From Desulfosudaceae bacterium (GTDB taxonomy: Bacteria > Desulfobacterota > Desulfobacteria > Desulfobacterales > Desulfosudaceae): a DNA stretch of 64,000 bases. Positions 13,696-24,922 of the stretch are shown here, piece after piece (the stretch's first letter is position 1; the number at the start of each line of letters is the position of its first letter). The notes under the pieces were generated by a model. The model made no database searches. It saw only the letters and a program-made list of their open reading frames with translations, and was not told the origin of the DNA. Made by a program: the position numbers and the translations under genes. Location of the stretch: assembly GCA_963674745.2 (NCBI GenBank), contig CAXXDV010000001.1:256001-320000 (forward strand), read 5' to 3'.

Positions 13696-14091
13696 TTAAC
13701 CAATCACCAGTCGAATCAGACTCGACAAACTAAAATCCACGATTCCGAGAAAAATAGAGACCATAATAACCATCAGCAGCACCACGGCGGTTGAGCCGAT
13801 TGTCTGCTTGCGGGAAGGCCAGGTTACCTTTCTCAACTCCACCCGGACCTCTCTTAAAAACTGCACGCTTTTCTCAAAGAGCCCGCTGATACCGGATGCC
13901 GCTTCTTTTTTTACCGGCTTGGCCGATTTTCGTGTCAACCCGGCAGTATTATTCTTTTTGGAAGAGGCGCCGGACTTAACGATGGAAGCAATGCCGCTTT
14001 TTTCCGGCTGCTTGTCGGCAACAGCCGCAGAGGCGGAATCCGTCACCTTTTTCCTTTTCTTGGGATCTTTTCTTTTTTGCTGGCGCCCCAT
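13696..14091 (-). CDS. secE: Preprotein translocase SecE (basic N-terminal extension)
   Basis: FLREVRVELRKVTWPSR plus a C-terminal TM helix; position before nusG. Confidence 0.96.
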   Translation of the reverse strand: MGRQQKRKDPKKRKKVTDSASAAVADKQPEKSGIASIVKSGASSKKNNTAGLTRKSAKPVKKEAASGISGLFEKSVQFLREVRVELRKVTWPSRKQTIGSTAVVLLMVIMVSIFLGIVDFSLSSLIRLVIG

Positions 14092-14165
14092 ATTTACCCT
14101 TCAAAAAATATTAAAAGCACTTTTCTGCCCTTGGAACAGACGCTGTGCTTTTCGTTGAAATTTAC

Positions 14166-14241
14166 TGGCAGGCCAGGAGGGATTTGAACCCCCAACCCCC
14201 GGATTTGGAGTCCGACGCTCTGCCGTTAGAGCTACTGGCCT
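14166..14241 (-). tRNA. tRNA-Trp(CCA)
   Basis: Cloverleaf with anticodon loop CTCCAAA and encoded CCA. Confidence 0.97.
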
Positions 14242-14314
14242 GCATTTCGTCTAAGCCTCGCGAAACATTAAAGAACCGTTCATAAGAGTTCCGTAATTTT
14301 GTCCGTTTAAAGCA

Positions 14315-14464
14315 CTATTTTGTCTCTTTGTGAAGACAGTGCTCCCGGCAAAATCTGCAGTATTTCTTCAACTCCAACTTATCCGGTGTTGTTCGCTTGT
14401 TCTTAGTCGTCGAATAATTTCGTCGTTTGCACTGGCTGCACGCGAGTAAAACTTTAACCCTCAC
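14315..14464 (-). CDS. rpmG: 50S ribosomal protein L33 (Cys-containing Zn-ribbon form), absent from the ORF track
   Basis: GTG start; [49 protein letters not shown]. Confidence 0.97.
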   Translation of the reverse strand: MRVKVLLACSQCKRRNYSTTKNKRTTPDKLELKKYCRFCREHCLHKETK

Positions 14465-14487
14465 CGCTGCTCTCCCTCTGCTTGGAT

Positions 14488-15681
14488 CTATTCAATAATT
14501 TCGCTGACGACACCGGCGCCGACCGTACGGCCGCCTTCACGGACCGCGAACCGAAGCTCTTTTTCCATGGCGATCGGTGTAATCAACTCTCCGGTTATCG
14601 TTACATTATCCCCGGGCATTACCATCTCGACGCCTTCCGGAAGCGTCAGAATACCCGTTACATCCGTTGTCCGGAAATAAAACTGCGGACGGTACCCGCT
14701 GAAAAACGGGGTGTGCCGACCGCCTTCTTCCTTGCTTAATATGTATACTTCCGCCTTGAACTTGGTGTGCGGTGTAATCGATTTGGGCTTGGCCGCAACC
14801 TGACCACGCTCGACCTCATCCCGCTTGGTTCCGCGCAGCAACAGCCCCACGTTGTCTCCGGCCCGGCCTTCGTCCAGAAGCTTGCGGAACATCTCCACGC
14901 CCGTGCACACCGTCTTGGCCGTATCACGGATACCCACCAGCTCAACCTCTTCACCGACCTTGATGATGCCGCGCTCGATACGACCGGTAACCACCGTACC
15001 ACGTCCGGAAATACTGAACACGTCCTCGATGGGCATCAGGAAGGGCTTGTCGATATCACGCTCCGGCTCGGGAATATAAGAATCCAGGACTTCCAGCAGC
15101 TCGAATATGCACTTGGCTTCATCGCTGTCCGGATCATCGCTCTCCAGCGCCTTCAACGCGCTGCCCCGGATAATCGGCGTGTCGTCACCGGGAAAATCAT
15201 ATTTGTCCAGAAGCTCCCGAAGTTCCAGCTCGACCAGCTCGATCAGTTCCTCGTCATCCACCATGTCGCATTTGTTCAAAAATACCACGATGCTCGGAAC
15301 ACCAACCTGGCGGGCCAGGAGAATATGCTCACGCGTCTGCGGCATGGGACCGTCATCGGCACCGACCACCAGAATCGCGCCGTCCATCTGAGCGGCACCC
15401 GTAATCATGTTCTTGATATAGTCCGCGTGACCGGGGCAGTCCACGTGCGCGTAATGCCGTTTGGCTGTTTCATATTCAACATGCGCCGTCGCGATCGTAA
15501 TACCACGCTCACGTTCCTCGGGCGCCTTGTCGATCTGATCAAAGGCCACGTACTGCGCCAGGCCCTTCAAACCACTGTGCTTGGTAATGGCCGCCGTCAG
15601 CGTCGTTTTGCCATGGTCGATATGACCAATCGTACCTACATTCACATGCGGCTTGGTCCGCTCAAATTTTGCTTTTGACAT
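14488..15681 (-). CDS. tuf: Elongation factor Tu, copy 2
   Basis: Full 397-aa EF-Tu downstream of the tRNA cluster. Confidence 0.99.
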   Translation of the reverse strand: MSKAKFERTKPHVNVGTIGHIDHGKTTLTAAITKHSGLKGLAQYVAFDQIDKAPEERERGITIATAHVEYETAKRHYAHVDCPGHADYIKNMITGAAQMDGAILVVGADDGPMPQTREHILLARQVGVPSIVVFLNKCDMVDDEELIELVELELRELLDKYDFPGDDTPIIRGSALKALESDDPDSDEAKCIFELLEVLDSYIPEPERDIDKPFLMPIEDVFSISGRGTVVTGRIERGIIKVGEEVELVGIRDTAKTVCTGVEMFRKLLDEGRAGDNVGLLLRGTKRDEVERGQVAAKPKSITPHTKFKAEVYILSKEEGGRHTPFFSGYRPQFYFRTTDVTGILTLPEGVEMVMPGDNVTITGELITPIAMEKELRFAVREGGRTVGAGVVSEIIE

Positions 15682-15738
15682 CTTACTGCCTCCCTGTTTG
15701 ATTTAAAATCAGTGACGGCTTACTTCTTCAATTATATA

Positions 15739-15815
15739 TGGAGCCCACGACCGGAATCGAACCGGTGAACCTCTTCCTTACCAAGGAAGCGCTCTACCGA
15801 CTGAGCTACGTGGGC
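15739..15815 (-). tRNA. tRNA-Thr(GGT)
   Basis: GCCCACGTAGCTCAG...TTGGTAA...CTCCA. Confidence 0.96.
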
Positions 15816-15831
15816 CTTAACAGTCCTTTTC

Positions 15832-15907
<76 letters not shown>

Positions 15908-15922
15908 AACCGCTAAAACAGG

Positions 15923-16008
15923 TGGTGGTGGGGGGAGGATTTGAACCTCCGAAGGCGAATGCCGACAGATTTACAGTCTGTTCCCTTTGGCCGCTCGGGA
16001 ACCCCACC
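15923..16008 (-). tRNA. tRNA-Tyr(GTA)
   Basis: GGTGGGGTTCCCGAGCGGCCAAAGGG...CTGTAAA, long variable arm. Confidence 0.96.
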
Positions 16009-16025
16009 ATCCGGGTATATCACTA

Positions 16026-16101
16026 TGGAGCCAGCGGAGGGACTCGAACCCCCGACCGACTGATTACAAATCAGTAGCTCTACCATCTGAGCTACGCTGG
16101 C
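16026..16101 (-). tRNA. tRNA-Thr(TGT)
   Basis: GCCAGCGTAGCTCAG...TTTGTAA...CTCCA. Confidence 0.96.
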
Positions 16102-16150
16102 CGCAGGTTACAAATGGTCATATGCCCTGATCTACTTATTAAATCAAAAG

Positions 16151-16179
16151 ATAATATTTTCAGCTTAATGAATTGTCAA
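16151..16179 (-). promoter_or_regulatory. Sigma70 promoter of the tRNA-tuf operon
   Basis: TTGACA-N17-TATTAT on the minus strand. Confidence 0.75.
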
Positions 16180-16419
16180 GACAATTTTTTTGTTTTTGAC
16201 GTTCAGCGGTAAATTTTTTATTCCCGGGACAAAACAAAAACGACTTTATCTGTCAGGTGAAATTTTAACGCTGGAGCATATCAGGGTGTCAAAATGAAAA
16301 TACCGACTTTTGCTTGACATATTGACAGATAAAATTTACATATTCAAGCTTAATAGAAAATTATTTTTTTACATATTCCTTTTTGGATTTTTTTTATCAG
16401 CATTTCAACTTATTAGAAG

Positions 16420-18195
16420 TTGCCAATGGCATTTAATATAAAAATTTTACCGGTTCTGGTCGGCTTGTTTCTGTACGGTTGCAGTCCGTTTCTGAATGAC
16501 GGTCATAAGCCTGTTGATCACAGCACACAATCCCCTTCAAAAATTACGGCCGGAGAAAACATTGCCCTCAACCATCCGGCATCCACCGGCATCGGGCAAA
16601 CCCCATCCCTCCCCCCGGACGATTACGCCGCCGGTGGAGATGACGGAACAGATAAAAAACAAAGCCAGGCGGCGCTGGATGAGTCCCTGGAACTGTGTAA
16701 CGTCTCACAGGAGTTCTGGCAAAAAGGGGACTTTGAAAACGCCTTGCATGCGCTTGATCAGGCCTATGCGTTGCTGTTAAAAACCGACGAGAACAGCACG
16801 GCGGAACTTATTCAACAAAAAGACGATATCCGCTTTCTGGTTTCCAAACGTATTCTGGAGATTTACGCTTCCCGGAACAGGGTTGTCAACGGTGACCATA
16901 ACGCCATCCCGCTGACCATCAACAAGGATGTTCAAAAAGAAATTGATCGGTTCACAAAAGGCAGAGACAAAAAGTTCTTCCGCGAAGCCTACCAGCGTTC
17001 CGGAAAATACCGGCCGTTTATCGTGGAAAAGCTTAAAGCGGCCGGCCTTCCGGTTGAGCTTTCCTGGCTGCCCTTAATTGAAAGCGGCTTTAAAACAAAA
17101 GCCTTATCGTCAGCCCGCGCTTTGGGGTTGTGGCAGTTTATCCCTTCAACAGGTTATAAATTCGGCCTGGAACGCAATGTTTATGTTGACGAACGACTTG
17201 ACCCGGAAAAATCAACCGAAGCCGCCATTAAATATTTAACCGCCCTGCACCAGATGTTCGGCGACTGGTCGACCGTTCTGGCCGCCTATAACAGCGGTGA
17301 AAACAGGGTGTTACGAACCATACGAACACAACAGATCAATTATCTCGATGATTTCTGGGATCTATACAAACAACTACCCTGGGAAACCGCCAGGTATGTG
17401 CCGAAATTCCTGGCCACCCTGCACATCGTATCCAAACCGCACAAATACGGGCTTGCCAACATAACCTTTGATCACCCGATAACGTATGAAAAGGTGACCG
17501 TATCCAGACAGGCCCACCTGAAAAAAATCGCCGAAGCCATCGGCGTGCCCGAGCAGACGCTCATTGAGTTAAACCCCGAACTCAGGCACCAGATACTGCC
17601 CGAGAACCAGTATACGTTAAACGTCCCCATCGGGAAAAAAGCGACCTTGCTGGCCGCAATCAAAACGATTCCGACTTCCTCTCCACCGGGTAACGCCTTT
17701 GTCTACCATCGGGTCCGCCAGGGAGAAAGCCTTTCCACCATCGCCCACAAATACCGCACCTCGGTCAGTAATATTGCCAGGGCCAACAATATTTACCGGC
17801 AAAACTTCATCAAAGCCGGACGGCTGCTTAAAATCCCGCTTGCCCGGAGCTGGGCGGGTGCACAAGCGTCTTCACCGGCGGTTGTATCCGGTGAAGCAAC
17901 AACACATACGGTAAGAAGAGGCGAATCCCTGTGGATCATCGCCCGGCGTTACGGCACAACCGTCAATATGATTCAGAACGCCAATAACCTTTCATCAACC
18001 ACCCTGAGCGTCGGCCAGGTGCTGAAAATTCCCGGCATAAGCGGCGCCGGACACAAGGTTTACCAGGTCAAACCCGGGGACAACCCCTCAATTATCGCCA
18101 AAAATCACGGTATGAGGCTGTATCGGTTTTTGATGCTGAATCATCTGACCAAATACAGTAAAATTTATCCCGGACAGTCCGTCTATGTCGAATAA
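16420..18195 (+). CDS. MltD-like lytic murein transglycosylase lipoprotein with LysM repeats
   Basis: Lipobox LYGC; SLT motifs IESG, GLWQF, AAYNSG; C-terminal LysM repeats (HRVRQGESL, HTVRRGESL, YQVKPGD). Confidence 0.9.
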   Translation: MPMAFNIKILPVLVGLFLYGCSPFLNDGHKPVDHSTQSPSKITAGENIALNHPASTGIGQTPSLPPDDYAAGGDDGTDKKQSQAALDESLELCNVSQEFWQKGDFENALHALDQAYALLLKTDENSTAELIQQKDDIRFLVSKRILEIYASRNRVVNGDHNAIPLTINKDVQKEIDRFTKGRDKKFFREAYQRSGKYRPFIVEKLKAAGLPVELSWLPLIESGFKTKALSSARALGLWQFIPSTGYKFGLERNVYVDERLDPEKSTEAAIKYLTALHQMFGDWSTVLAAYNSGENRVLRTIRTQQINYLDDFWDLYKQLPWETARYVPKFLATLHIVSKPHKYGLANITFDHPITYEKVTVSRQAHLKKIAEAIGVPEQTLIELNPELRHQILPENQYTLNVPIGKKATLLAAIKTIPTSSPPGNAFVYHRVRQGESLSTIAHKYRTSVSNIARANNIYRQNFIKAGRLLKIPLARSWAGAQASSPAVVSGEATTHTVRRGESLWIIARRYGTTVNMIQNANNLSSTTLSVGQVLKIPGISGAGHKVYQVKPGDNPSIIAKNHGMRLYRFLMLNHLTKYSKIYPGQSVYVE

Positions 18196-18204
18196 ACGAA
18201 GAAT

Positions 18205-18343
18205 GATGGCTTCGTAAAAGGCCCAATTATCGCGGGGCGGCCAGCTGCGTTGCGCTGCATCCTTCGGAATTTCACGTACAACTCAGTACGCTGCATTCCT
18301 CAGGATTTGCGCGCCTTGATCTTGAACCTTTTACGAAGCCATC
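18205..18343. mobile_element. 139-bp MITE/REP-like palindromic element
   Basis: Perfect 17-bp terminal inverted repeat GATGGCTTCGTAAAAGG / CCTTTTACGAAGCCATC; non-coding. Confidence 0.75.
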
Positions 18344-18400
18344 CAAATTTTAATTTTTAGTGCATCAAAGAATGGATATTCAGGCGAAAGGAGCCTGCTC

Positions 18401-20062
18401 ATGCCCGGATTTCAGTACCAGACCATGTTTCCCGTTGAAGAAGACAAGACAGAATACCGCCTTTTAACGGACCGGCACATCACCCCCGCCGTCTTTGAAG
18501 GTCATTCCATGGTCAAGATCGACCGCGAGGGGATGGTTCTGCTGGCCGAGACCGCATTTAAAGAGGTCGAGTTTCTGTTGCGCTCCAGCCATCTGCAGAA
18601 AATGGCCGCTATTCTGGATGACCCCGACAGTTCCGACAACGATCGATATGTGGCCCTGGAAATCATCAAAAACGCCGTTATCGCCGCCGACTTTGTGTTC
18701 CCCCTCTGCCAGGACACCGGCACGGCCACCATCATGGGTGAAAAAGGACATCGTATCTGGACCGACTTTTCCGACAAAGAAGCGCTCAGTGAAGGCGTCT
18801 TCAACGCTTATCAGAGATACAACCTGCGTTACTCTCAGAACGCGCCCCTGACCGTTTATGAAGAAGTCAACACCGGCACCAACCTTCCGGCGCAGATTGA
18901 TATTTACGCCACCCACGGTAATGAATATCATTTGCTGTTTATCGCCAAGGGCGGCGGATCAGCCAATAAAACCTTTCTGTTTCAGAAAACAAAAGCGATA
19001 TTAAACCCGAAATCTCTGGAAAGCTTCCTCAAAGAAGAACTGAGCCATATCGGAACGGCCGCCTGCCCGCCTTATCATCTGGCGGTTGTTATCGGCGGTA
19101 CATCGGCCGAAGCCAATTTAAAAACCGTGAAACTGGCTTCATCCGGTTACCTTGATGGCCTGCCCGACCGGGGCAGTGAGGCCGGACACGCCTTCAGGGA
19201 CAAAAAACTGGAAGCGGAGTTTTACCAGCTGGCCTGTGATTCGGGTATCGGCGCGCAATTCGGGGGAAAACACTTCTGTCTGGACACGAAAGTCATCCGC
19301 ATGCCCAGACACGGCGCCTCGTGCCCCATCGGCGTCGGCGTCAGCTGCAGCGCCGACCGAAACATGAAGGCCAAAATAACCGAAGCGGGTATCTTCGTCG
19401 AAAAACTGGAAACCGATCCGGCCCGGTTTTTGCCCGAACCCGGCCAACAGGTCGAAGAAGCCGTGCCGGTTGATCTTGACCGCGACATAGATGACATCAG
19501 AAACACCCTGACGAAATTTCCGGTCAGCACCCCGCTTTTATTGAACGGAAAAATCATCGTGGCCAGGGATATCGCCCACGCCAGAATCATGGAAGACCTG
19601 GAAAACGGGACGCCCCTGCCCTGGTACATGAAAAACCATATCATCCTTTATGCCGGTCCGGCCAAAACACCGGAGGGGTCGCCTTCCGGCAGTTTCGGTC
19701 CGACAACTGCGGCCCGCATGGACCCGTATGTGCCCATTTTTCAAAAACACGGCGGCTCACTGCTCATGCTGGGCAAAGGCAACCGATCGGCCGAAGTTAC
19801 CCGGGCCTGCAAAACCAACGGCGGTTTTTACCTGGGTGCGGTCGGCGGCATTTCCGCCAAGCTGGGCAAAGAGTGCGTGACCAGCGTTGAAGTCATCGCC
19901 TTTCCTGAACTGGGCATGGAAGCGGTACGAATGATCACCGTCAAGAATTTCCCCGCCTTTATTATTACGGACGACAAGGGCAACGACTTTTTTGACAAGC
20001 TTCGCATGCATGCCACTCAAAAAATGGTCGTCAAGGACTTTCCTGACTTTAAAGATCTTTAA
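18401..20062 (+). CDS. Class I (Fe-S) fumarate hydratase
   Basis: PLCQDTG, KGGGSAN, ACPPYH, GPTTAARMD. Confidence 0.95.
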   Translation: MPGFQYQTMFPVEEDKTEYRLLTDRHITPAVFEGHSMVKIDREGMVLLAETAFKEVEFLLRSSHLQKMAAILDDPDSSDNDRYVALEIIKNAVIAADFVFPLCQDTGTATIMGEKGHRIWTDFSDKEALSEGVFNAYQRYNLRYSQNAPLTVYEEVNTGTNLPAQIDIYATHGNEYHLLFIAKGGGSANKTFLFQKTKAILNPKSLESFLKEELSHIGTAACPPYHLAVVIGGTSAEANLKTVKLASSGYLDGLPDRGSEAGHAFRDKKLEAEFYQLACDSGIGAQFGGKHFCLDTKVIRMPRHGASCPIGVGVSCSADRNMKAKITEAGIFVEKLETDPARFLPEPGQQVEEAVPVDLDRDIDDIRNTLTKFPVSTPLLLNGKIIVARDIAHARIMEDLENGTPLPWYMKNHIILYAGPAKTPEGSPSGSFGPTTAARMDPYVPIFQKHGGSLLMLGKGNRSAEVTRACKTNGGFYLGAVGGISAKLGKECVTSVEVIAFPELGMEAVRMITVKNFPAFIITDDKGNDFFDKLRMHATQKMVVKDFPDFKDL

Positions 20063-20064
20063 AA

Positions 20065-20241
20065 GAGGTACGGGATTCGGGGTTCGGGGTTCGAGGTTCG
20101 AGGTTTCAGATCTTAGTAATGTATGGCCTCGTAGGGGCAACCCCCTGTGGTTGCCCTGCACCGGGCAGGCACAGGGGCCTGCCCCTACAATATTCATGAA
20201 CGCCCCTACACCCCGTACCTCGTACCCCGTACCCCGAACCT
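20065..20241. repeat. Composite repeat: inverted heptamer tandem arrays flanking a GTAG-type REP pair
   Basis: (GGTTCGR)n at 20065-20105 and complementary (CCCGTAC/CCCGAAC)n at 20210-20241; GTAGGGGCAACC..GGTTGCCC and GGGCAGGC..GCCTGCCCCTAC between them. Confidence 0.75.
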
Positions 20242-20245
20242 AACA

Positions 20246-20290
20246 AAAACGCCCCCGGCTTGTTTCATCCGGGGGCGTCTGTGTTTATTT
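20246..20290. terminator. Bidirectional intrinsic terminator between fumarase and groEL
   Basis: ACGCCCCCGG..CCGGGGGCGT stem with an A-tract on the left and a T-rich tail on the right. Confidence 0.7.
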
Positions 20291-20316
20291 TATGTCTTCA
20301 AAAAGCGGGGGACTGG

Positions 20317-21978
<1,662 letters not shown>

Positions 21979-22008
21979 TCACACTCCTTATATCTTATCG
22001 TATTTAAA

Positions 22009-22296
22009 TTATTCAACAATCCCAAGAACATCATCTTCACGCATAATAAGGAAATCTTCCCCGTTAATTTTCACTTCGGTTCCGCCATACTTTCCGAACA
22101 GAACGCGATCGTTCTTTTTGATCTCCAGGGGGATGACTTTGCCGTCTTCACCCACTCGGCCCTTACCCACGGCGGTGACTTTACCTTCAATCGGTTTTTC
22201 CTTGGCCGTATCGGGAATGATGATGCCACCTTTTGTCTTGGTTTCTTCCTCGACGCGTTTTACCAGAATTCGATCATGTAATGGTCTGAATTTCAT
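22009..22296 (-). CDS. groS: Co-chaperonin GroES
   Basis: [22 protein letters not shown]. Confidence 0.99.
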   Translation of the reverse strand: MKFRPLHDRILVKRVEEETKTKGGIIIPDTAKEKPIEGKVTAVGKGRVGEDGKVIPLEIKKNDRVLFGKYGGTEVKINGEDFLIMREDDVLGIVE

Positions 22297-22491
22297 TGTT
22301 CTCCTCCTTAAATTGATAAATCTGACAAATTATTAATGCTTCTAAAAATTTCTGTAAATCCGCTTAAAACAAACCTCCGGGTGTCATAAATTTGTTTCTG
22401 CAGCGACATTTGACCCTTGTCAAAACTGATTTGCGTCCATGCCCGGCCGCCATAAAAAAAATATTAAAAATCAAATTGTTATATTTAACAG

Positions 22492-22785
22492 TTATTCAGA
22501 CTTAGGCCCGGCGGCATCCGCTTTTTTAGCCGTGGAATCCTTTTTTGCCTCAGTCTTTTTAGCGTTGTCTCCGGCCCCTGTCGTTCCGGCAGTTGAAGAC
22601 GGGTTTTTACCGGCATAATCGGTGGCATACCAACCGGAACCTTTTAAATGAAATGCACTGCGAGAAATCAGCTTGTGGACCTTTCCTGAGCAAAACTCAC
22701 ATTTTTTCAGAGGCTTATCTGACATCTGCTGCCAGGCTTCAAACACTTTCCCGCATTTTTCACATTCATATTCATAAATCGGCAT
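22492..22785 (-). CDS. FmdB-family zinc-ribbon protein
   Basis: MPIYEYECEKCG...CEFC...FHLKGSGWYATDY. Confidence 0.9.
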   Translation of the reverse strand: MPIYEYECEKCGKVFEAWQQMSDKPLKKCEFCSGKVHKLISRSAFHLKGSGWYATDYAGKNPSSTAGTTGAGDNAKKTEAKKDSTAKKADAAGPKSE

Positions 22786-23039
22786 AACCTTCATCCCCTT
22801 TGTGCTCCAAAAGCACCGCTTTTGTCTCAATCATCAAAAATTATAGAAAAATATTAAGACTGATTACTATTTTGTCAAGTGACAAAAAAGATGGCTTCGT
22901 AAAAATGGTCAAACCACTCGTTACCCCGCCATATCCGGGATCGACCCCGCCGGACGACCCGCCGGTCGCCCTACCCGGCCGGGATGACGACGCTTACCAC
23001 ATAATCACCTATCCACTTAAAACGCTAAAACATTAAAAC

Positions 23040-23570
23040 CTAAAACAGCTCCTGCGACGCCGCTTCCCATTGAGAATAAAACCGCATGACTTCCGGCATT
23101 CCTTCGATGCCGTGCCCAGAGAGGATCTCACGGGTCATGCCATGAACGCGATCTTCCTCGCTTGTCCGTTCTTCGGGCAGGGCATCAAAGTTCTGATAAA
23201 ATTTTGCAAACCGCACGATATGAATCAACTCGTGAACAATAATATAAACGACAAACGGGAACAGCTTAATTTCCGGGTATTTTTCAATCGCGGCCAGGAC
23301 CGCCTGATCCTGCAGGCAGATCTTGTACAAATCATAACTTGAAGAGCAAAGCGAATCGCCTTCTTTCTGGGCCGAATAACGAACAAGCTGGGCAAATGGC
23401 CCGTCCACTTTTTCATGTGAAGACAGTTCCGCGGACGTTTTCACATCGTACCGGTGGCGCAGCCACTGCGTCGCGGACATCTTGAAAAAATTGCAGACCA
23501 GTTCTTCCGCCAGGGAAACGGACTGGTTGACAATCTTGATCTGCGGCCTGGAAAACGATTTCATGCCCAT
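23040..23570 (-). CDS. Conserved hypothetical protein with an HExxH metallopeptidase-like motif
   Basis: VHELIHIVRF followed by a downstream EE; 176-aa ORF. Confidence 0.7.
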   Translation of the reverse strand: MGMKSFSRPQIKIVNQSVSLAEELVCNFFKMSATQWLRHRYDVKTSAELSSHEKVDGPFAQLVRYSAQKEGDSLCSSSYDLYKICLQDQAVLAAIEKYPEIKLFPFVVYIIVHELIHIVRFAKFYQNFDALPEERTSEEDRVHGMTREILSGHGIEGMPEVMRFYSQWEAASQELF

Positions 23571-23607
23571 AATTGACGGTGTCGTAAAAATGTCTTAAAA
23601 AAAATAC

Positions 23608-23636
23608 TTGCAAACATCAAAATATACCCCTATAGT
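23608..23636 (+). promoter_or_regulatory. Sigma70 promoter for the small basic protein
   Basis: TTGCAA-N17-TATAGT. Confidence 0.6.
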
Positions 23637-23703
23637 ATCTGGATGGCAATATAAAAGCATTTATAGAGCAAAAAATACAATAAATCTGTAAGGAGGTGTT
23701 TTT

Positions 23704-23799
23704 TTGGGTTCGGTAATCAAAAAGAGAAGAAAAAAGATGCGCAAGCATAAACACCGGAAGTTACTGGCCAAGACGCGCCATCAAAGAAATAAGAAGTAG
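23704..23799 (+). CDS. 31-aa AURKAIP1/COX24 (bS22/mS38-like) small basic ribosomal protein, absent from the ORF track
   Basis: AAGGAGGT RBS, TTG start, MGSVIKKRRKKMRKHKHRKLLAKTRHQRNKK. Confidence 0.9.
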   Translation: MGSVIKKRRKKMRKHKHRKLLAKTRHQRNKK

Positions 23800-23847
23800 T
23801 CATTTTTTATTTATAATTTGTGCCGTACTGACACAACGCTCAAAATC

Positions 23848-23888
23848 AAACGCCTTTGCCATGCCGATCGCATGACAAAGGCGTTCTT
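23848..23888. terminator. Hairpin terminator between the small gene and hflC
   Basis: AACGCCTTTG(C)CATG...CATG(A)CAAAGGCGTT inverted repeat. Confidence 0.65.
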
Positions 23889-23914
23889 GATATCTTCCGG
23901 TTCTTGATCGGTTC

Positions 23915-24910
23915 TTACCGTTTGTCGGGCGAATACCCTTTCAGGTATTTGAAAAAATCGCTGTCAGTGGAAAGAATGACCGAGTTGCTTTGGTCCAGGG
24001 CCTCCGAATAGACCGACAGGGTCTTGACAAAAGAATAGAATTCCGGATCTTTTGAGTACGCGTCAGCAAAAATTTTGGTCACCTGGGCATCTGCTTCACC
24101 TTTGATAATCTGGGACTTTTTATAAGCGCCGGACTCGATTTCCTTCAATTTTTTATCTTTCTCACCCAGAATCTTTTCTGCTTCTCCCTTCCCCTCGGAA
24201 CGGAACTGTTCGACAATCTGGGTGCGCTCGGCAATCATCCGGTCATATATCGATTCCTGAACATCCTCCCGGTAGTTAATCCGCTTGATCTTGACATCAA
24301 CCAGTTCTATACCGATCTCAGCAATTTTAGGGCGGGCCCGTTCCAGAATTGTCCTGGTGATCTGGTCCCGACCGATCTTAATTTCACTGCTTTTGACTTT
24401 ACCCTTTGCGGTTGTTTCACCCTCTTCCGCTGAAATTTCTTCTAGTGACGGCAACTTGCGGTTGCTGTTCCGGACCGCCTCAATCAAATCCTGGTTGGCA
24501 ATCGCGTTTTTTACTTCCGAATCAATAACATCCCCCATTAATTGCTCCGCTTTCTTCATATTCGCCTTCATATTAGCGGCGCCCTTATCAACGGCCCGTT
24601 GATAAAACAGGATCGGATCTTTGATCCGCCAGCGGGCAAAGGTATCCACCCAGATATAGGTTTTGTTCTGGGTCGGCAACTCGCCCTTCTCACCGTCCCA
24701 TTCCTGTAAATTTTTCTTAAACTTGTATACTTTCTCAATTCCCGGAATTCTAAACTTCAACCCGGGCTCCATTATGGGGTCTCGCGTCACCTTACCAAAA
24801 CGGGCGACAATAGCCAGCTCGGTTTCATCCACGGTAAATGCTGAAAGCACAAAAACCGCTAAACCGATGACCAGAAATACGACAATAACTGATAGTCCTT
24901 TTGTTTTCAC
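23915..24910 (-). CDS. hflC: FtsH modulator HflC
   Basis: SPFH domain, RMIAER, FRSEGKGEA, DPEFYSF. Confidence 0.93.
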   Translation of the reverse strand: MKTKGLSVIVVFLVIGLAVFVLSAFTVDETELAIVARFGKVTRDPIMEPGLKFRIPGIEKVYKFKKNLQEWDGEKGELPTQNKTYIWVDTFARWRIKDPILFYQRAVDKGAANMKANMKKAEQLMGDVIDSEVKNAIANQDLIEAVRNSNRKLPSLEEISAEEGETTAKGKVKSSEIKIGRDQITRTILERARPKIAEIGIELVDVKIKRINYREDVQESIYDRMIAERTQIVEQFRSEGKGEAEKILGEKDKKLKEIESGAYKKSQIIKGEADAQVTKIFADAYSKDPEFYSFVKTLSVYSEALDQSNSVILSTDSDFFKYLKGYSPDKR

Positions 24911-24922
24911 CTTATCACACCT

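Noticed and set aside
20065..20241. Possible CRISPR array
   Set aside because: Repeats are 7-mers and REP hairpins with no 25-40 bp repeat-spacer periodicity; no cas genes
22297..22490. CIRCE element upstream of groES
   Set aside because: No TTAGCACTC-N9-GAGTGCTAA match found
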